Virus record (IMG/VR): IMGVR_UViG_2521172717_000006
Reading direction: 5' to 3' (one strand)
DNA length: 41,265 bases
DNA from: a virus
Taxonomy: Duplodnaviria; Heunggongvirae; Uroviricota; Caudoviricetes
Below are positions 22,254 through 31,051 of the stretch, in pieces (within the stretch, counting starts at the first letter, position 1; each line of letters begins with the position of its first letter). The notes below the pieces were generated by a model, which saw only the letters and a program-made list of their open reading frames with translations, did no database searches and had not been told where the DNA came from. The position numbers were made by a program, and so were the translations under genes.

Positions 22254-22877
22254 CTAACGTGTGACCGCATTCAAAATGTTGTCTGCGATTGACTCTTCTT
22301 TGTGGCATTGCACCACCAGAGCGTCATACAGCGGCTTAACAGTGCGTGACCAGGTTGGTTGGGTAAGATTTGGGATTAGCATCGTCACAGCGCGATATGC
22401 GGCGCTTGCTGGCATCCTTGAATAGCCGACACCTTTGCATCTTCCGCACTCTTTCTCAACAACTCTCCCCCACTGCTCTGTTTTTGCTATATCAACCGCA
22501 CGGCCTGTACCGTGGCAATCTCTGCATCTTGCGCCCGGCGTCGCGGCACTACGGCAATAATCCGCATAAGCGAATGTTGCGAGCACTTGCAGTACCTTTG
22601 CCTTAGTATTTCCTTCAAGCTTTGCCACACCACGGTATTTCCCCGATACCTTGTGTGCAAATTGCATCAGATAGTTGATAGCCTTTTGTTTGTCGTTCTG
22701 GCTGAGTTCATGCTTACCGCAGAATGCAGCCATTCCGAATCCGGCTTGTGATTGCGCCATCCCCATAGCAGCCATCACATCAGTACCGGAAAGAGAGTCA
22801 GAAGCCGTAGCCCGTGGTGAGTCGCTCATCATCGGGCTTTTTGGCGAATGAAATTTAGCTACACTTTCGAGTCTCAT
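22254..22877 (-). CDS. Q: Late gene antiterminator Q (lambda-type)
   Basis: 207 aa, the lambda Q length as remembered, with Cys-rich zinc motif (CRDCHGTG...CGRCKGVG); position upstream of pR' and lysis genes. Confidence 0.9.
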   Translation of the reverse strand: MRLESVAKFHSPKSPMMSDSPRATASDSLSGTDVMAAMGMAQSQAGFGMAAFCGKHELSQNDKQKAINYLMQFAHKVSGKYRGVAKLEGNTKAKVLQVLATFAYADYCRSAATPGARCRDCHGTGRAVDIAKTEQWGRVVEKECGRCKGVGYSRMPASAAYRAVTMLIPNLTQPTWSRTVKPLYDALVVQCHKEESIADNILNAVTR

Positions 22878-23062
22878 GGTCTACCCCTCTTGCCCTGTTT
22901 GACCATCAGGACGCCGTTAACTATTACGTGACGCTCACCTTTGCTGTCTCGGTTGTACTTGAGCACTGTTCCTCTTGCACAGGAAAGCATCCTCGCCACC
23001 TCGGTCTGATTGCCTCGTGTCTGGATAAGAAGCTCTGGTATCGTTTGAATTGTGGCGTTCAT
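22874..23062 (-). CDS. ninH: NinH-like small DNA-binding protein
   Basis: 62 aa, position immediately upstream of Q; helix-turn-helix-like segment. Confidence 0.75.
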   Translation of the reverse strand: MNATIQTIPELLIQTRGNQTEVARMLSCARGTVLKYNRDSKGERHVIVNGVLMVKQGKRGRP

Positions 23063-23421
23063 GCGTTCTCCAGTTCGGTGATTTTTATTCCAAGCCGTCC
23101 GCCTGGTACTTTCACACCACGAATTACGCGAATGTCATCGAATTGCTCGTCGTCTTCCGCAAATCCGGCGTGGATAAGGGAATCGAGTAAACCTTTCAGG
23201 ATGTTATCGAGGTCGCGGCGGCGGGAGTCTGGAACGTCTGCGATGACTTTGATGCGGAGTCGTGATTTGGTGAAAATGTCTAACTTGAGTTGGCGGATGA
23301 TTTGCTGAACGTCTTTTCGGTATTTCTGGCCTTTATCGCTGATGTAGTATTGGCTTCCCCGTCTTCGCCAGTAGGTGTTCACCGACGGCGGGTATGGAAG
23401 CACAAACTGATATTCGTTCAT
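23059..23421 (-). CDS. rusA: RusA Holliday junction resolvase
   Basis: 120 aa; PYPPSVNTYW and DSRRRDLDNILKGLLDSL motifs match RusA family. Confidence 0.85.
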   Translation of the reverse strand: MNEYQFVLPYPPSVNTYWRRRGSQYYISDKGQKYRKDVQQIIRQLKLDIFTKSRLRIKVIADVPDSRRRDLDNILKGLLDSLIHAGFAEDDEQFDDIRVIRGVKVPGGRLGIKITELENA

Positions 23422-23708
23422 GGCTTAATCTTCCCCTCCTTCAGCAGTATCGCCTGCGTCCTGATCACGCCTTCCAGGTGGTAAAGTCTGGCGTCTTTGT
23501 TGTCGAGGTTATGGGTGCGTCGGTCGATTTCATCGTGACACGCGCTACAAGCCCATGCGCCGATCAGGTCGTCAGGTTTCATTCCCGTTCCGCAAATTCC
23601 AGCCATCCGGTAATGTGCCAGAACTGTAGTTTCAGGGTTGCCATTGCATACGCCGTAAATACGTACCTGGCATTCTCTGCCGCGTGCTTCTTTGCGTAGG
23701 TTAGCCAT
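23418..23708 (-). CDS. ybcO: YbcO-like (DUF1364) Cys-rich protein
   Basis: 96 aa with RGRECQVRIYGVCNGNPET...CSACHDEIDRR; position between antirepressor and rusA as in DLP12-type nin regions. Confidence 0.6.
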   Translation of the reverse strand: MANLRKEARGRECQVRIYGVCNGNPETTVLAHYRMAGICGTGMKPDDLIGAWACSACHDEIDRRTHNLDNKDARLYHLEGVIRTQAILLKEGKIKP

Positions 23709-24429
23709 TAAGCAGCCTCCCCGGTTACTTTCAGCATTCCGTTATCGAGCAGCTTTCTGGTCAGCCACTGTTGACCACGCCCGGTGATTTTTGTGGTGAA
23801 CGATATCTGTATTCCGTGATTTGTGTTGACCGCTGTTTCTTTCACTGTGAAATAGCCGCGATCCATATATTCCTGCATTGGCACATTGCGCCGGGAACCT
23901 GAAGCAATAAGGATTTTGTGATCGCGCATCCACGCAAACAGTTTGTTTGGACCAATACCAACAACCTTTGCAAAGTTTCCAATCAAAATTCCGCTGGCCT
24001 CGCCAACGCGATCGGCAAACTCAACTTTAGGTGCGGCAATTGCGAGCTGGTTTTCCAGTTGCATTTTCTGCTCAGCAAGATCAGCAGCAAGGCGCAACGC
24101 TTCCGGTAACGTTTTGGGATATTAACCGCAGTTTCTTCAAGCTCTCGCCAACGGTCAACAAGACGAGCGGTGAACTCTGGCGACAACTGGGCAACAACGA
24201 CAATACTGTCTCGCTTACCTTGTTCGCCCTCGAAGACGTAATGCTCGTACTGAACACTGAACCCTAAGTTATTGATTCTTTCGGAAACCTCAATTTGAGG
24301 AAGCCGGATAACACCATTTTTAGCCAGCGTTTCGATGGTACGTTTCACATTGTCATGACGCTTACCCACCAACTCAGCGATTTCAATGCTTGTCATTTTG
24401 ATGGCATTGCCATTTATTAACTCATTCAT
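23708..24429 (-). pseudogene. Rha / KilA-C antirepressor-like gene interrupted by a frameshift (two overlapping frames)
   Basis: N-terminal Rha domain ORF (24429 down to 23983) and C-terminal KilA-C-like ORF (from about 24120 down to 23708) overlap by about 115 nt in different frames; switch point lies in a CCCAAAAC run near 24113..24124; second frame has no ATG (track start is TTG). Confidence 0.55.
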
Positions 24430-24597
24430 CGTCTTCTTCCTCGTACATTGAGCTATTCGGATCGCTCATCAGCTCTGCGCAGCAATCGGAGCATACGTGA
24501 ACTTCCAGCACATGCAGTTTCTGACCGCAGTTAGCGCACGTTAAAGCTCGCTCGACGCTTTCTTTCTGGTATTGAAGGGATTGGGATGGGCTAAGCA

Positions 24598-24957
24598 TTA
24601 TTGGATTCTCTGCATCATGAGAAAGACAATCATGGCGGCGCGGAGGGGATTTTCATGTATAGCTCGCTTAGATTTACAGTAGGCCACACCGCGTGCACCC
24701 CACTCGTCTTCATCGAGATTGATAATGCTAATCCTGTATTTTTCAATAATCGGCCATGCGTCTGCTGGGTTTGCGCATGGGTTAAAGGAACCGCGCTCAA
24801 CTTCTACTTCAACTGCGTCTCCGTTTACAATGTCTCCCTCAAATGAGACAAACACCATATCGCCATTCTCACCTTCTTTGTAATCCGGTGATCCGTTATG
24901 AATAGCTTCGAATACAGCCACGTTAATTTCAAAATCACTTAACTGTGAATAATCCAT
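24598..24957 (-). CDS. Hypothetical acidic nin-region protein, about 119 aa
   Basis: ATG with AGGAA RBS overlapping ninE stop; function not recognisable. Confidence 0.5.
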   Translation of the reverse strand: MDYSQLSDFEINVAVFEAIHNGSPDYKEGENGDMVFVSFEGDIVNGDAVEVEVERGSFNPCANPADAWPIIEKYRISIINLDEDEWGARGVAYCKSKRAIHENPLRAAMIVFLMMQRIQ

Positions 24958-24959
24958 TG

Positions 24960-25136
24960 TCATTTCCTCGCACGATGTCTTAGCCACCGGATATCCCACA
25001 GGTGAGCCGTGTAGTTGAAGGTTTTTACGTCAGATTCTTTTGGGATTGGCTTGCGTTTATTTCTGGAGCGTTTCGTTGGAAGGTATTTGCAGTTTTCGCA
25101 GATGATGTCGGTGATACTTCGTCGCTGTCGTCTCAT
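24960..25136 (-). CDS. ninE: NinE
   Basis: [58 protein letters not shown] matches remembered lambda NinE; start at M31 of track ORF. Confidence 0.8.
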   Translation of the reverse strand: MRRQRRSITDIICENCKYLPTKRSRNKRKPIPKESDVKTFNYTAHLWDIRWLRHRARK

Positions 25137-25660
25137 GCTGCCCTCCTGACGCCCTGCCCGATCGCCATCAATGCCGCTTTGGATACGGTAGTAAACATCC
25201 GTCGAGGACTGATGAACGGTCGCCAAATCAGCAGCATGGAGCCTTTGCTGTTTCCCTTCTTCTCCAGCCCTGTCGATGGTTCGATAAAATTAATCCGTCC
25301 ATCAGTGATAATGCGAACTTCGTCGACACTCTCCAGAGCCTTGCTGAACCATCCGACTGACATATCCTCTGGAACAAGCATAACTACCGTCTGTCGCTGT
25401 TGTATGCACTGCTCAGCGGCTTTTTCCACCCACGGCCTGATATTGCTGTACGGTGGGTTATTCCAGATTGCACCGTGGCTTATCCACTCAGAATTTAGCG
25501 CGTCGTCAGCCTCAGTTAGCCAGTGAGCGCACAGAGCATTTTTGTCGCTAGCTGCCGAATCCAGCCAGAATCCAAACTCAATATCCAGTGCATCAAAAAG
25601 CCAAAGCGGCGTTTGCCAGCAGTCCTTGTCGTGTGCTGGCGTATTTGATTTGATAGTCAT
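25133..25660 (-). CDS. Phage-type DNA N6-adenine methyltransferase (orphan)
   Basis: NPPY catalytic motif ([10 protein letters not shown]) and overall size typical of phage Dam-like methyltransferases; no adjacent restriction gene. Confidence 0.8.
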   Translation of the reverse strand: MTIKSNTPAHDKDCWQTPLWLFDALDIEFGFWLDSAASDKNALCAHWLTEADDALNSEWISHGAIWNNPPYSNIRPWVEKAAEQCIQQRQTVVMLVPEDMSVGWFSKALESVDEVRIITDGRINFIEPSTGLEKKGNSKGSMLLIWRPFISPRRMFTTVSKAALMAIGQGVRRAA

Positions 25661-26103
25661 GCAGCCCTACCTTTTCGTTGTGACCATTCATACTCTCGCC
25701 GGGAGTCATCACTCCACCGCACGTTGCGCTCTGAGCCGAACCAAAACATGATTTCGATAAGCTCAGTCATGCTGGCCTTTCGCATTTTGCTGGTACGCAC
25801 GCCAAGCATGACAACGCCACCGTCGATACCAGGCACACTTCGTTGCTCCAGTTTTTTGGTCTTAAGCCACAGGGCAGTAAACAGGTCTTTCCAGTCCTCC
25901 GGCGCAAGTCTCTGTCCATGCCAAAGCACCTGACGTGATACGTCCTGCAATAACGCCCACATAAGGCGGTTTTGAGGATTGCTCCGCTTGGGTTCTTTAA
26001 CGTGGACTTCGTGAGGTGACTTGTCGTCGATCGGAAGTGAGAGTATTGCGTCTATGGCGTTGTTTCTGATTGCTTCGTTGCGAAGCATATATATTTGCTT
26101 CAT
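25657..26103 (-). CDS. ninB: NinB (Orf-family recombination mediator)
   Basis: QNRLMWALLQDVSRQVLWHGQRL and C-terminal RNVRWSDDSRREYEW...RAA resemble lambda NinB. Confidence 0.85.
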   Translation of the reverse strand: MKQIYMLRNEAIRNNAIDAILSLPIDDKSPHEVHVKEPKRSNPQNRLMWALLQDVSRQVLWHGQRLAPEDWKDLFTALWLKTKKLEQRSVPGIDGGVVMLGVRTSKMRKASMTELIEIMFWFGSERNVRWSDDSRREYEWSQRKGRAA

Positions 26104-26143
26104 CGTTACTCCTTCACTTTGACTCCATCAGCGTGCTGGGGTG

Positions 26144-26347
26144 TTAAGCGTCGTCGCCCTGAACCATCACGTACTGACCGCATGAGTCGCAGCAGTACTC
26201 ATTCATGTTTCTTCCATCATCTGTCCAGTTATCGCTTCCGCATTTGTTGCAAAGGAGTTTTCTAAACTGCGGCGGAGTTATTCTTACCTTTCCGAAATTA
26301 GTTACCCATTGAGTTGCATCGTCGAATCTATAACTATTAACTTTCAT
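26144..26347 (-). CDS. Small Cys-rich hypothetical protein, 67 aa
   Basis: ATG after GGGGGG RBS (M23 of track ORF); CNKCGSD...CCDSCG zinc-ribbon-like. Confidence 0.5.
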   Translation of the reverse strand: MKVNSYRFDDATQWVTNFGKVRITPPQFRKLLCNKCGSDNWTDDGRNMNEYCCDSCGQYVMVQGDDA

Positions 26348-26440
26348 TTTTCTGTGCCCCCCAATAAACCTATATTTTAAATAAAGGTCAGGAGACATAA
26401 TCGGCTCGCTCACACTCTCACCTCTCGCTTCCGGTCCAAT

Positions 26441-26468
26441 AAAAAAGGGCTACTGTGTAAATAGCCCC
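26441..26468 (-). terminator. Rho-independent terminator downstream of helicase gene (tR2-like position)
   Basis: Minus-strand GGGCTA-tttacacag-TAGCCC hairpin followed by TTTTTT. Confidence 0.6.
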
Positions 26469-26497
26469 TGTTATTAGCTCAGTGATGTAGATGGTCA

Positions 26498-27934
26498 TCA
26501 GAATCCTCCTTTCTTCTTGGACTGCGGTTCCTCGCGTTCACGGCGGCGAATTTCAGCAGACTGTTGGTCTGTGTCATAAATAGCGCCATTTGCCTGAATG
26601 CAATACACCGTACCGGTATTGCCATGACGATTGAGGCGAAGGATTAGTTCGGTTTCACCAGGAGGAACGCTGTCATCAAAAGCGCCTTCACGATGGATCC
26701 CGACCCAATAATCGCAATCCTGTTCAATCTGCCCTGTATCGCGCGAGTCACTTGGTAATGGGCGTTTATTGGTTCGGCTTTCCAATGCGCGGTTAAGCTG
26801 TGTCAGAAGCACAACAACGCAATCAAGCTCTTTGGCAAGGTTCTTCAGTCCTTTGGTGATCATGCCGTAAGCAAGGTCGTTGCGATCGGCCTTCTCAGCG
26901 GTCATTAGTGTCAGGTAATCGACCAGAATCATGCCAACACATCCTTTTTCTCGTTTGATTCGACGGCTTTCGCTGACGATTTGAGCCAGAGATAATCCCG
27001 GCGTGTCGTCGATGTAAAGCAGGTCGATTTCACTCAAGCGATTGGCTGTTTCGATCGCCCTGTTGAAGTCACCATCGTAATCACCCTGATAGCCGTCATC
27101 AGCGTCATTTGTCGCCGGAAGGTAAAAAATATTCGGGTTAACACCTGACTTCTGTCCCACCAGTTTTTCCAGTATCTGGTCACCTGGCATTTCAAGGCTG
27201 AACATCAGAGCGGGCTTTTTCTCATGCACTGCGCAGTTGATTGCCATCTGGCTGTATAGCGTCGTTTTCCCCATCTTAGGGCGAGCGCCAATGACAAACA
27301 GAGAGCCTTTCACCAGACCTTTCGGTGACAGCATCCTGTCCAGCGATGGGATCCCTGTGCTCATTCCTCGTTGTTCGCCTGACGGGTCAAATCGCTTCTC
27401 AAGGTCGCTAACCCAGTCTTCCATGACCTCACCAAATGAGCGAAGGCCGCGACGCGATCCGGTTTTTGCATGGTCTGTCAGTTGCGTGAAAATCGACTGA
27501 ATAGCTTCGTACTTCTGCGTTGCAGTCATTCCGTTGCGGGAATAGAGCAATTCCGTCGCTTCAGTCATGCGGTTGATGGCGTAGCGTTCCATTGCGGTTT
27601 CACGAACCTGCATTGCATAGGCAACGATGTTTGCTGCGCTTGGCGTGTTCTTTGCGATCTCAGCGATATAAGCAAAACCGCCAACAGACGCCGTTAACGA
27701 TTTACGCTCCAGTTCATCGAAAAGCGTCAGGCCATCTACTTGCTTTTGCTCCCGGTGCATTCTGGTTATTTCTTCGAAAAGAATTTTGTGTGGTCGGCTG
27801 TAAAATGAATCAGGCTTCAGCATCGCCAGAACTTTCTGGACGCGCTCACTGCTGTCATCATCCAGAAGCAATCCACCAATCACCGCCTGCTCTGCCTCGA
27901 TGCTATGGGGTGGCGCATAAAAATTATCGGTCAT
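26498..27934 (-). CDS. Replicative DNA helicase, DnaB family (P22 gene 12-like)
   Basis: N-terminal PHSIEAEQAVIGGLLLD DnaB signature; Walker A GARPKMGKT; start at ATG (M6 of track ORF) with GAGG RBS. Confidence 0.9.
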   Translation of the reverse strand: MTDNFYAPPHSIEAEQAVIGGLLLDDDSSERVQKVLAMLKPDSFYSRPHKILFEEITRMHREQKQVDGLTLFDELERKSLTASVGGFAYIAEIAKNTPSAANIVAYAMQVRETAMERYAINRMTEATELLYSRNGMTATQKYEAIQSIFTQLTDHAKTGSRRGLRSFGEVMEDWVSDLEKRFDPSGEQRGMSTGIPSLDRMLSPKGLVKGSLFVIGARPKMGKTTLYSQMAINCAVHEKKPALMFSLEMPGDQILEKLVGQKSGVNPNIFYLPATNDADDGYQGDYDGDFNRAIETANRLSEIDLLYIDDTPGLSLAQIVSESRRIKREKGCVGMILVDYLTLMTAEKADRNDLAYGMITKGLKNLAKELDCVVVLLTQLNRALESRTNKRPLPSDSRDTGQIEQDCDYWVGIHREGAFDDSVPPGETELILRLNRHGNTGTVYCIQANGAIYDTDQQSAEIRRREREEPQSKKKGGF

Positions 27935-28823
27935 CGTGTTCACCCTCACGAACTTTCAGGTAGGTATTGTCGTTAAGCAGGAAATCAAATCCCTTTTTGT
28001 GCCAGACGGTTCCGCGTTGATGGTTTGGGCGTTCTTCGAACATCCATCGGCAATTTTCGCCTACGTAGCTCAAATAATTTCTCCAGTCCTGCATCGTGAA
28101 CCCATGCCCGTCAAGCTGGCGGGTTATCACTCCGGCTTTGCGCCAGAACGTTCGGATCTGGTTTTTACGCTTGTCATTCAGTGCGCGGATTCTTGGCGCT
28201 TCAGGAAGGATTTCGTGGTAAGCATCGACAACATCCTGACAGCTGACGGAAGGTTTTTTCTTGTCAGACTTTTTGTCTGCTGCGGTACTCTCTAATACGT
28301 CAGTATTAGAGATAATATTATTATATTCTTTATCTGTGGTAATTTGCTGGTAATCTGCTGGTACAGTATTGCTTGCAGGCATTGGTATTGCTGGCTTTGA
28401 GGTGGTAATTTGCTGGTAATCTGCTGGTACAAAATTTGACTGATAATCGTCATATTTCTCTACCGAGAAAACTGAGAATTTACCGTGTGAAACCCAGTCA
28501 ATCATGCCGAGTTTTTTGAACTTTCTAAGCAGGTACTGAACGCGATCTGGTTTGAGTCCTGTTTCAAACGCCAGAGAGTTTCTACCGCCAAGTAGCTTCC
28601 CTCTGCCTACCAGAATTTCTCCTGCGTCAGTCATTACATACTCAGGCGTATGCTTTGCTTTGAGGATTAAGTGAACCCACAGATGCGCTGCTTCTGCGTT
28701 CTTGTAAAACGGCACATCCATAATTTTACGGTGCAGCAAGGCATACCCCTTACCGCTGCTTTGATGCGGTTGCTGGAGCCTTCTGGCCTCTCTGGCTTCG
28801 GCTAGATTAGATATGTTACTCAT
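27924..28823 (-). CDS. Replication initiation protein (O-like / P22 gene 18-like) containing origin iterons
   Basis: Position between cII and helicase; internal direct repeats encoding [10 protein letters not shown] twice; overlaps helicase start. Confidence 0.8.
   Translation of the reverse strand: MSNISNLAEAREARRLQQPHQSSGKGYALLHRKIMDVPFYKNAEAAHLWVHLILKAKHTPEYVMTDAGEILVGRGKLLGGRNSLAFETGLKPDRVQYLLRKFKKLGMIDWVSHGKFSVFSVEKYDDYQSNFVPADYQQITTSKPAIPMPASNTVPADYQQITTDKEYNNIISNTDVLESTAADKKSDKKKPSVSCQDVVDAYHEILPEAPRIRALNDKRKNQIRTFWRKAGVITRQLDGHGFTMQDWRNYLSYVGENCRWMFEERPNHQRGTVWHKKGFDFLLNDNTYLKVREGEHDDR
28338..28431. repeat. Origin-type iterons: 28-bp direct repeat GGTAATTTGCTGGTAATCTGCTGGTACA x2 (with internal GCTGGTAAT sub-repeats), followed by AT-rich tract
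   Basis: Two identical 28-mers about 66 bp apart inside the initiator gene, read directly. Confidence 0.6.
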
Positions 28824-28962
28824 GACCTTTCTCCTTCTGCATCAGCTTCACTTTTTCCAACTCAGCCCGGAATCGACCAGGCTGCTTGAAGCTGGACAGG
28901 AAGCGATCACGTAGTATGTGTTTGTGAATTTTGTCCTGGTAAGGACTGAGTTGTTTTGTCAT
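28816..28962 (-). CDS. Candidate 48-aa basic protein between cII and replication initiator
   Basis: ATG preceded by AGGAG RBS; stop overlaps initiator start; not in ORF track (under 60 aa). Confidence 0.3.
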   Translation of the reverse strand: MTKQLSPYQDKIHKHILRDRFLSSFKQPGRFRAELEKVKLMQKEKGHE

Positions 28963-28971
28963 AATTACTCC

Positions 28972-29048
28972 TGTGGATTGATCCAGTAATGACCTCAGAA
29001 TTCCATCTGGATTTGTTCAGAACGCTCGGTTGCCGCCGGGCGTTTTTT
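28972..29048 (+). ncRNA. oop: OOP-like antisense RNA overlapping the 3' end of cII
   Basis: Plus-strand terminator CGCTCGG-ttgccg-CCGGGCG followed by TTTTTTATT matches remembered lambda tO; 5' end estimated from lambda OOP length, promoter not resolved. Confidence 0.5.
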
Positions 29049-29291
29049 ATTGGTGAGTCCATCAAGCGCATACTTAAAAGCCCTGCTAATCGGACTGATG
29101 TCTGATGCCATTCCGAAAGCACACAAGACCGAAGCAATAAATCTCCAGTCCGTTCTGCTTATCTTCGATTCATGACAGCCAATCATCTTTGCCAGACCGC
29201 GCTGGGTAAGCGTTGACAGGTTGATAAGTAAATCTGTTTCTGCGCGATCAACGTCGCGCTGTGATAGTTTGCTGTAACTTGTTTGTTCCAT
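28995..29291 (-). CDS. cII: CII transcriptional activator
   Basis: C-terminus [19 protein letters not shown] identical to remembered lambda CII; 98 aa. Confidence 0.85.
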   Translation of the reverse strand: MEQTSYSKLSQRDVDRAETDLLINLSTLTQRGLAKMIGCHESKISRTDWRFIASVLCAFGMASDISPISRAFKYALDGLTNKKRPAATERSEQIQMEF

Positions 29292-29356
29292 TTCTTATGA
29301 TTTCCATAGGTAAATAATCACTAATACTCATCTTTCGATGAGCGATTAATTAGTTA

Positions 29357-29390
29357 CCGCGTTGTCGGCGGTGCAGATTGATAAAGAGCG
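29357..29390 (-). promoter_or_regulatory. nutR-like site (boxA CGCTCTTTA; boxB hairpin CCGC-cgacaac-GCGG)
   Basis: Read on minus strand between cro stop and cII; order boxA then boxB. Confidence 0.4.
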
Positions 29391-29400
29391 GATCCGCTTA

Positions 29401-29616
29401 TTAAGCGGCTTTGTGTTCCGGCGGGAACACGTCATCAAGACTGACTTTTGCGCCTAACTTGTTTAGGCACGCAACAAGAGCACGGCATGTTTTAAGGTCT
29501 GGGAAGCGACGACCAGATTCCCAATGTCCGATAGCTCCCTGTGTGCATCCAACCGCCTTAGCAAGTGTTGTTTGAGAGATATTCAGTGACTCTCGATATT
29601 TTCGTAGGTTGCTCAT
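29401..29616 (-). CDS. cro: Cro-like HTH repressor, 71 aa
   Basis: Start at M58 of track ORF with GGAGG RBS; HTH segment SQTTLAKAVGCTQGAIGHWESGRR; divergent from cI. Confidence 0.8.
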   Translation of the reverse strand: MSNLRKYRESLNISQTTLAKAVGCTQGAIGHWESGRRFPDLKTCRALVACLNKLGAKVSLDDVFPPEHKAA

Positions 29617-29733
29617 ATGCCCTCCATAGTAACCATGAAACAATAATACGATATGTACTTTTGGAATGCAAACAAAAAATACATCTTGTGCATGGATGGT
29701 TTTAGTACATAGCGTAATAATAAGGATATGAAA
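29617..29733. promoter_or_regulatory. OR operator / pR-pRM region between cro and cI
   Basis: Minus-strand pR candidate (-35 TTGCAT, 17 nt, -10 TATTAT); two 15-bp sites fitting AGTAC-N5-GTACT with one mismatch each at about 29645..29659 and 29704..29718. Confidence 0.55.
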
Positions 29734-30387
29734 ATGAAATGGTATGAACTGGCTAGATCCAGAATGAAAGAGCTCGGCATAACTCAAGAGAAGTTAGCTG
29801 AAGAGCTTGGTATGACGCAGGGTGGAATTGGTCACTGGTTGCGCGGATCTCGTCATCCATCTCTTGACGAGATTGGTGTGGTGTTTAAATACCTTGGTAT
29901 TGATAACGTCTCATTCAACCACGACGGTACATTTTCACCTGCTGGCGAATACTCATCTGCCCCCGTTAAAAAACAATATGAGTACCCTGTTTTTTCTCAT
30001 GTTCAGGCCGGGATGTTCTCGCCTGAGCTTAGAACCTTTACCAAAGGTGATGCGGAGAGATGGGTCAGCACAACCAAAAAAGCCAGTGATTGTGCGTTTT
30101 GGCTTGAAGTTGAAGGTAATTCCATGACCGCACCAACAGGATCCAAGCCAAGCTTTCCTGACGGAATGTTAATTCTCGTTGACCCTGAGCAGGCTGTTGA
30201 GCCAGGAGATTTCTGCATAGCCAGACTTGGCGGTGACGAGTTTACCTTCAAGAAACTGATCAGGGATAGCGGTCAGGTGTTCCTACAACCACTAAACCCG
30301 CAATATCCAATGATCCCATGCAATGATAGCTGTTCCGTAGTAGGGAAAGTTATCGCCAGCCAGTGGCCTGAAGAGACATTTAGTTAA
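29734..30387 (+). CDS. cI: CI repressor: distinct N-terminal HTH domain with lambda-type C-terminal (LexA-like) domain
   Basis: C-terminal region [73 protein letters not shown] matches remembered lambda CI; N-terminal domain differs. Confidence 0.9.
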   Translation: MKWYELARSRMKELGITQEKLAEELGMTQGGIGHWLRGSRHPSLDEIGVVFKYLGIDNVSFNHDGTFSPAGEYSSAPVKKQYEYPVFSHVQAGMFSPELRTFTKGDAERWVSTTKKASDCAFWLEVEGNSMTAPTGSKPSFPDGMLILVDPEQAVEPGDFCIARLGGDEFTFKKLIRDSGQVFLQPLNPQYPMIPCNDSCSVVGKVIASQWPEETFS

Positions 30388-30418
30388 CAGCCTCACCACT
30401 CTAAAACACACAACAATA

Positions 30419-30447
30419 ACCCGACCTTAGCGTCGGGTTTTCTTTTT
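30419..30447 (+). terminator. Rho-independent terminator downstream of cI
   Basis: ACCCGAC-cttagc-GTCGGGT hairpin followed by TTTTCTTTTT. Confidence 0.6.
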
Positions 30448-30512
30448 CCAAAATATAAATCAATAAAATACAAAGTGTTATAAAAAACCAACCACATTTA
30501 GAACATTTTGTA

Positions 30513-30541
30513 TTGACTCAATAAAGTACACATCGTACTAT
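30513..30541 (+). promoter_or_regulatory. pL-like promoter (-35 TTGACT, 17-nt spacer, -10 TACTAT) overlapped by OL operator AGTACacatcGTACT
   Basis: Hexamers and perfect 15-bp palindrome read directly; same half-site as OR candidates. Confidence 0.6.
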
Positions 30542-30587
30542 TTAGCCATCAGCAGGAAGCTGGAAGCCAAACGGAACAGATTGGCAG

Positions 30588-30621
30588 GCTCTTTAACTTC
30601 GATGGGGCGCTGACAAAGCGC
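30588..30621 (+). promoter_or_regulatory. nutL (boxA GCTCTTTAA; boxB GCGCTGACAAAGCGC)
   Basis: boxB hairpin sequence matches remembered P22-type boxB; located between pL and N. Confidence 0.6.
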
Positions 30622-30740
30622 AAACAGATACCAAACGAGATGGGTTTGGCGGTGATGTGAATTGCAGCTGCAACGACAGCAACCAGAAGATCAGCACCTG
30701 GCGCATCACCACCAAAGCCATTTCACATGAGGAAAATATC

Positions 30741-31049
30741 ATGACGGTAATTGTGTACGGAAAATCAACATTTGCAGGAAATGCCAAAACTCGCCGTCAT
30801 GAGCGGCGCAGAAAGCTGGCTATCGAGCGTGATGCTATATGCAACATCATCGATTCGATCTTCGGCACAGACAGTGAGGAACCTGTTCAGGAAGCCCCGA
30901 GAAAGCGTTTAAGCATTTCTGAAAAAGCAATATCACTCGGCATCATTAGCAAATCAAATACAGATGCGAATAGCGGAAGCGTTTGTTTGCCTGAAGTCGC
31001 ACTGTATGCTGCTGGTTACAGAAGGCAAAAACTAATTACAGCGAGGTAA
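30741..31049 (+). CDS. N: Antiterminator N (P22 gene 24-like)
   Basis: MTVIVYGKSTFAGNAKTRRHERRRKLAIERD arginine-rich motif matches remembered P22 gp24; start at M29 of track ORF. Confidence 0.85.
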   Translation: MTVIVYGKSTFAGNAKTRRHERRRKLAIERDAICNIIDSIFGTDSEEPVQEAPRKRLSISEKAISLGIISKSNTDANSGSVCLPEVALYAAGYRRQKLITAR

Positions 31050-31051
31050 AA

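Noticed and set aside
24097-24429. Calling the Rha-domain ORF and the KilA-C ORF as two independent intact genes
   Set aside because: The downstream frame has no ATG (only TTG in the track), the overlap is about 115 nt, and the Rha frame runs on into low-complexity nonsense; a single frameshifted gene explains the data better, though separate genes cannot be fully excluded.
28907-29137. 76-aa minus-strand ORF overlapping the cII 3' end
   Set aside because: It overlaps cII in another frame and coincides with the OOP-like antisense RNA region; no RBS and no recognisable product.
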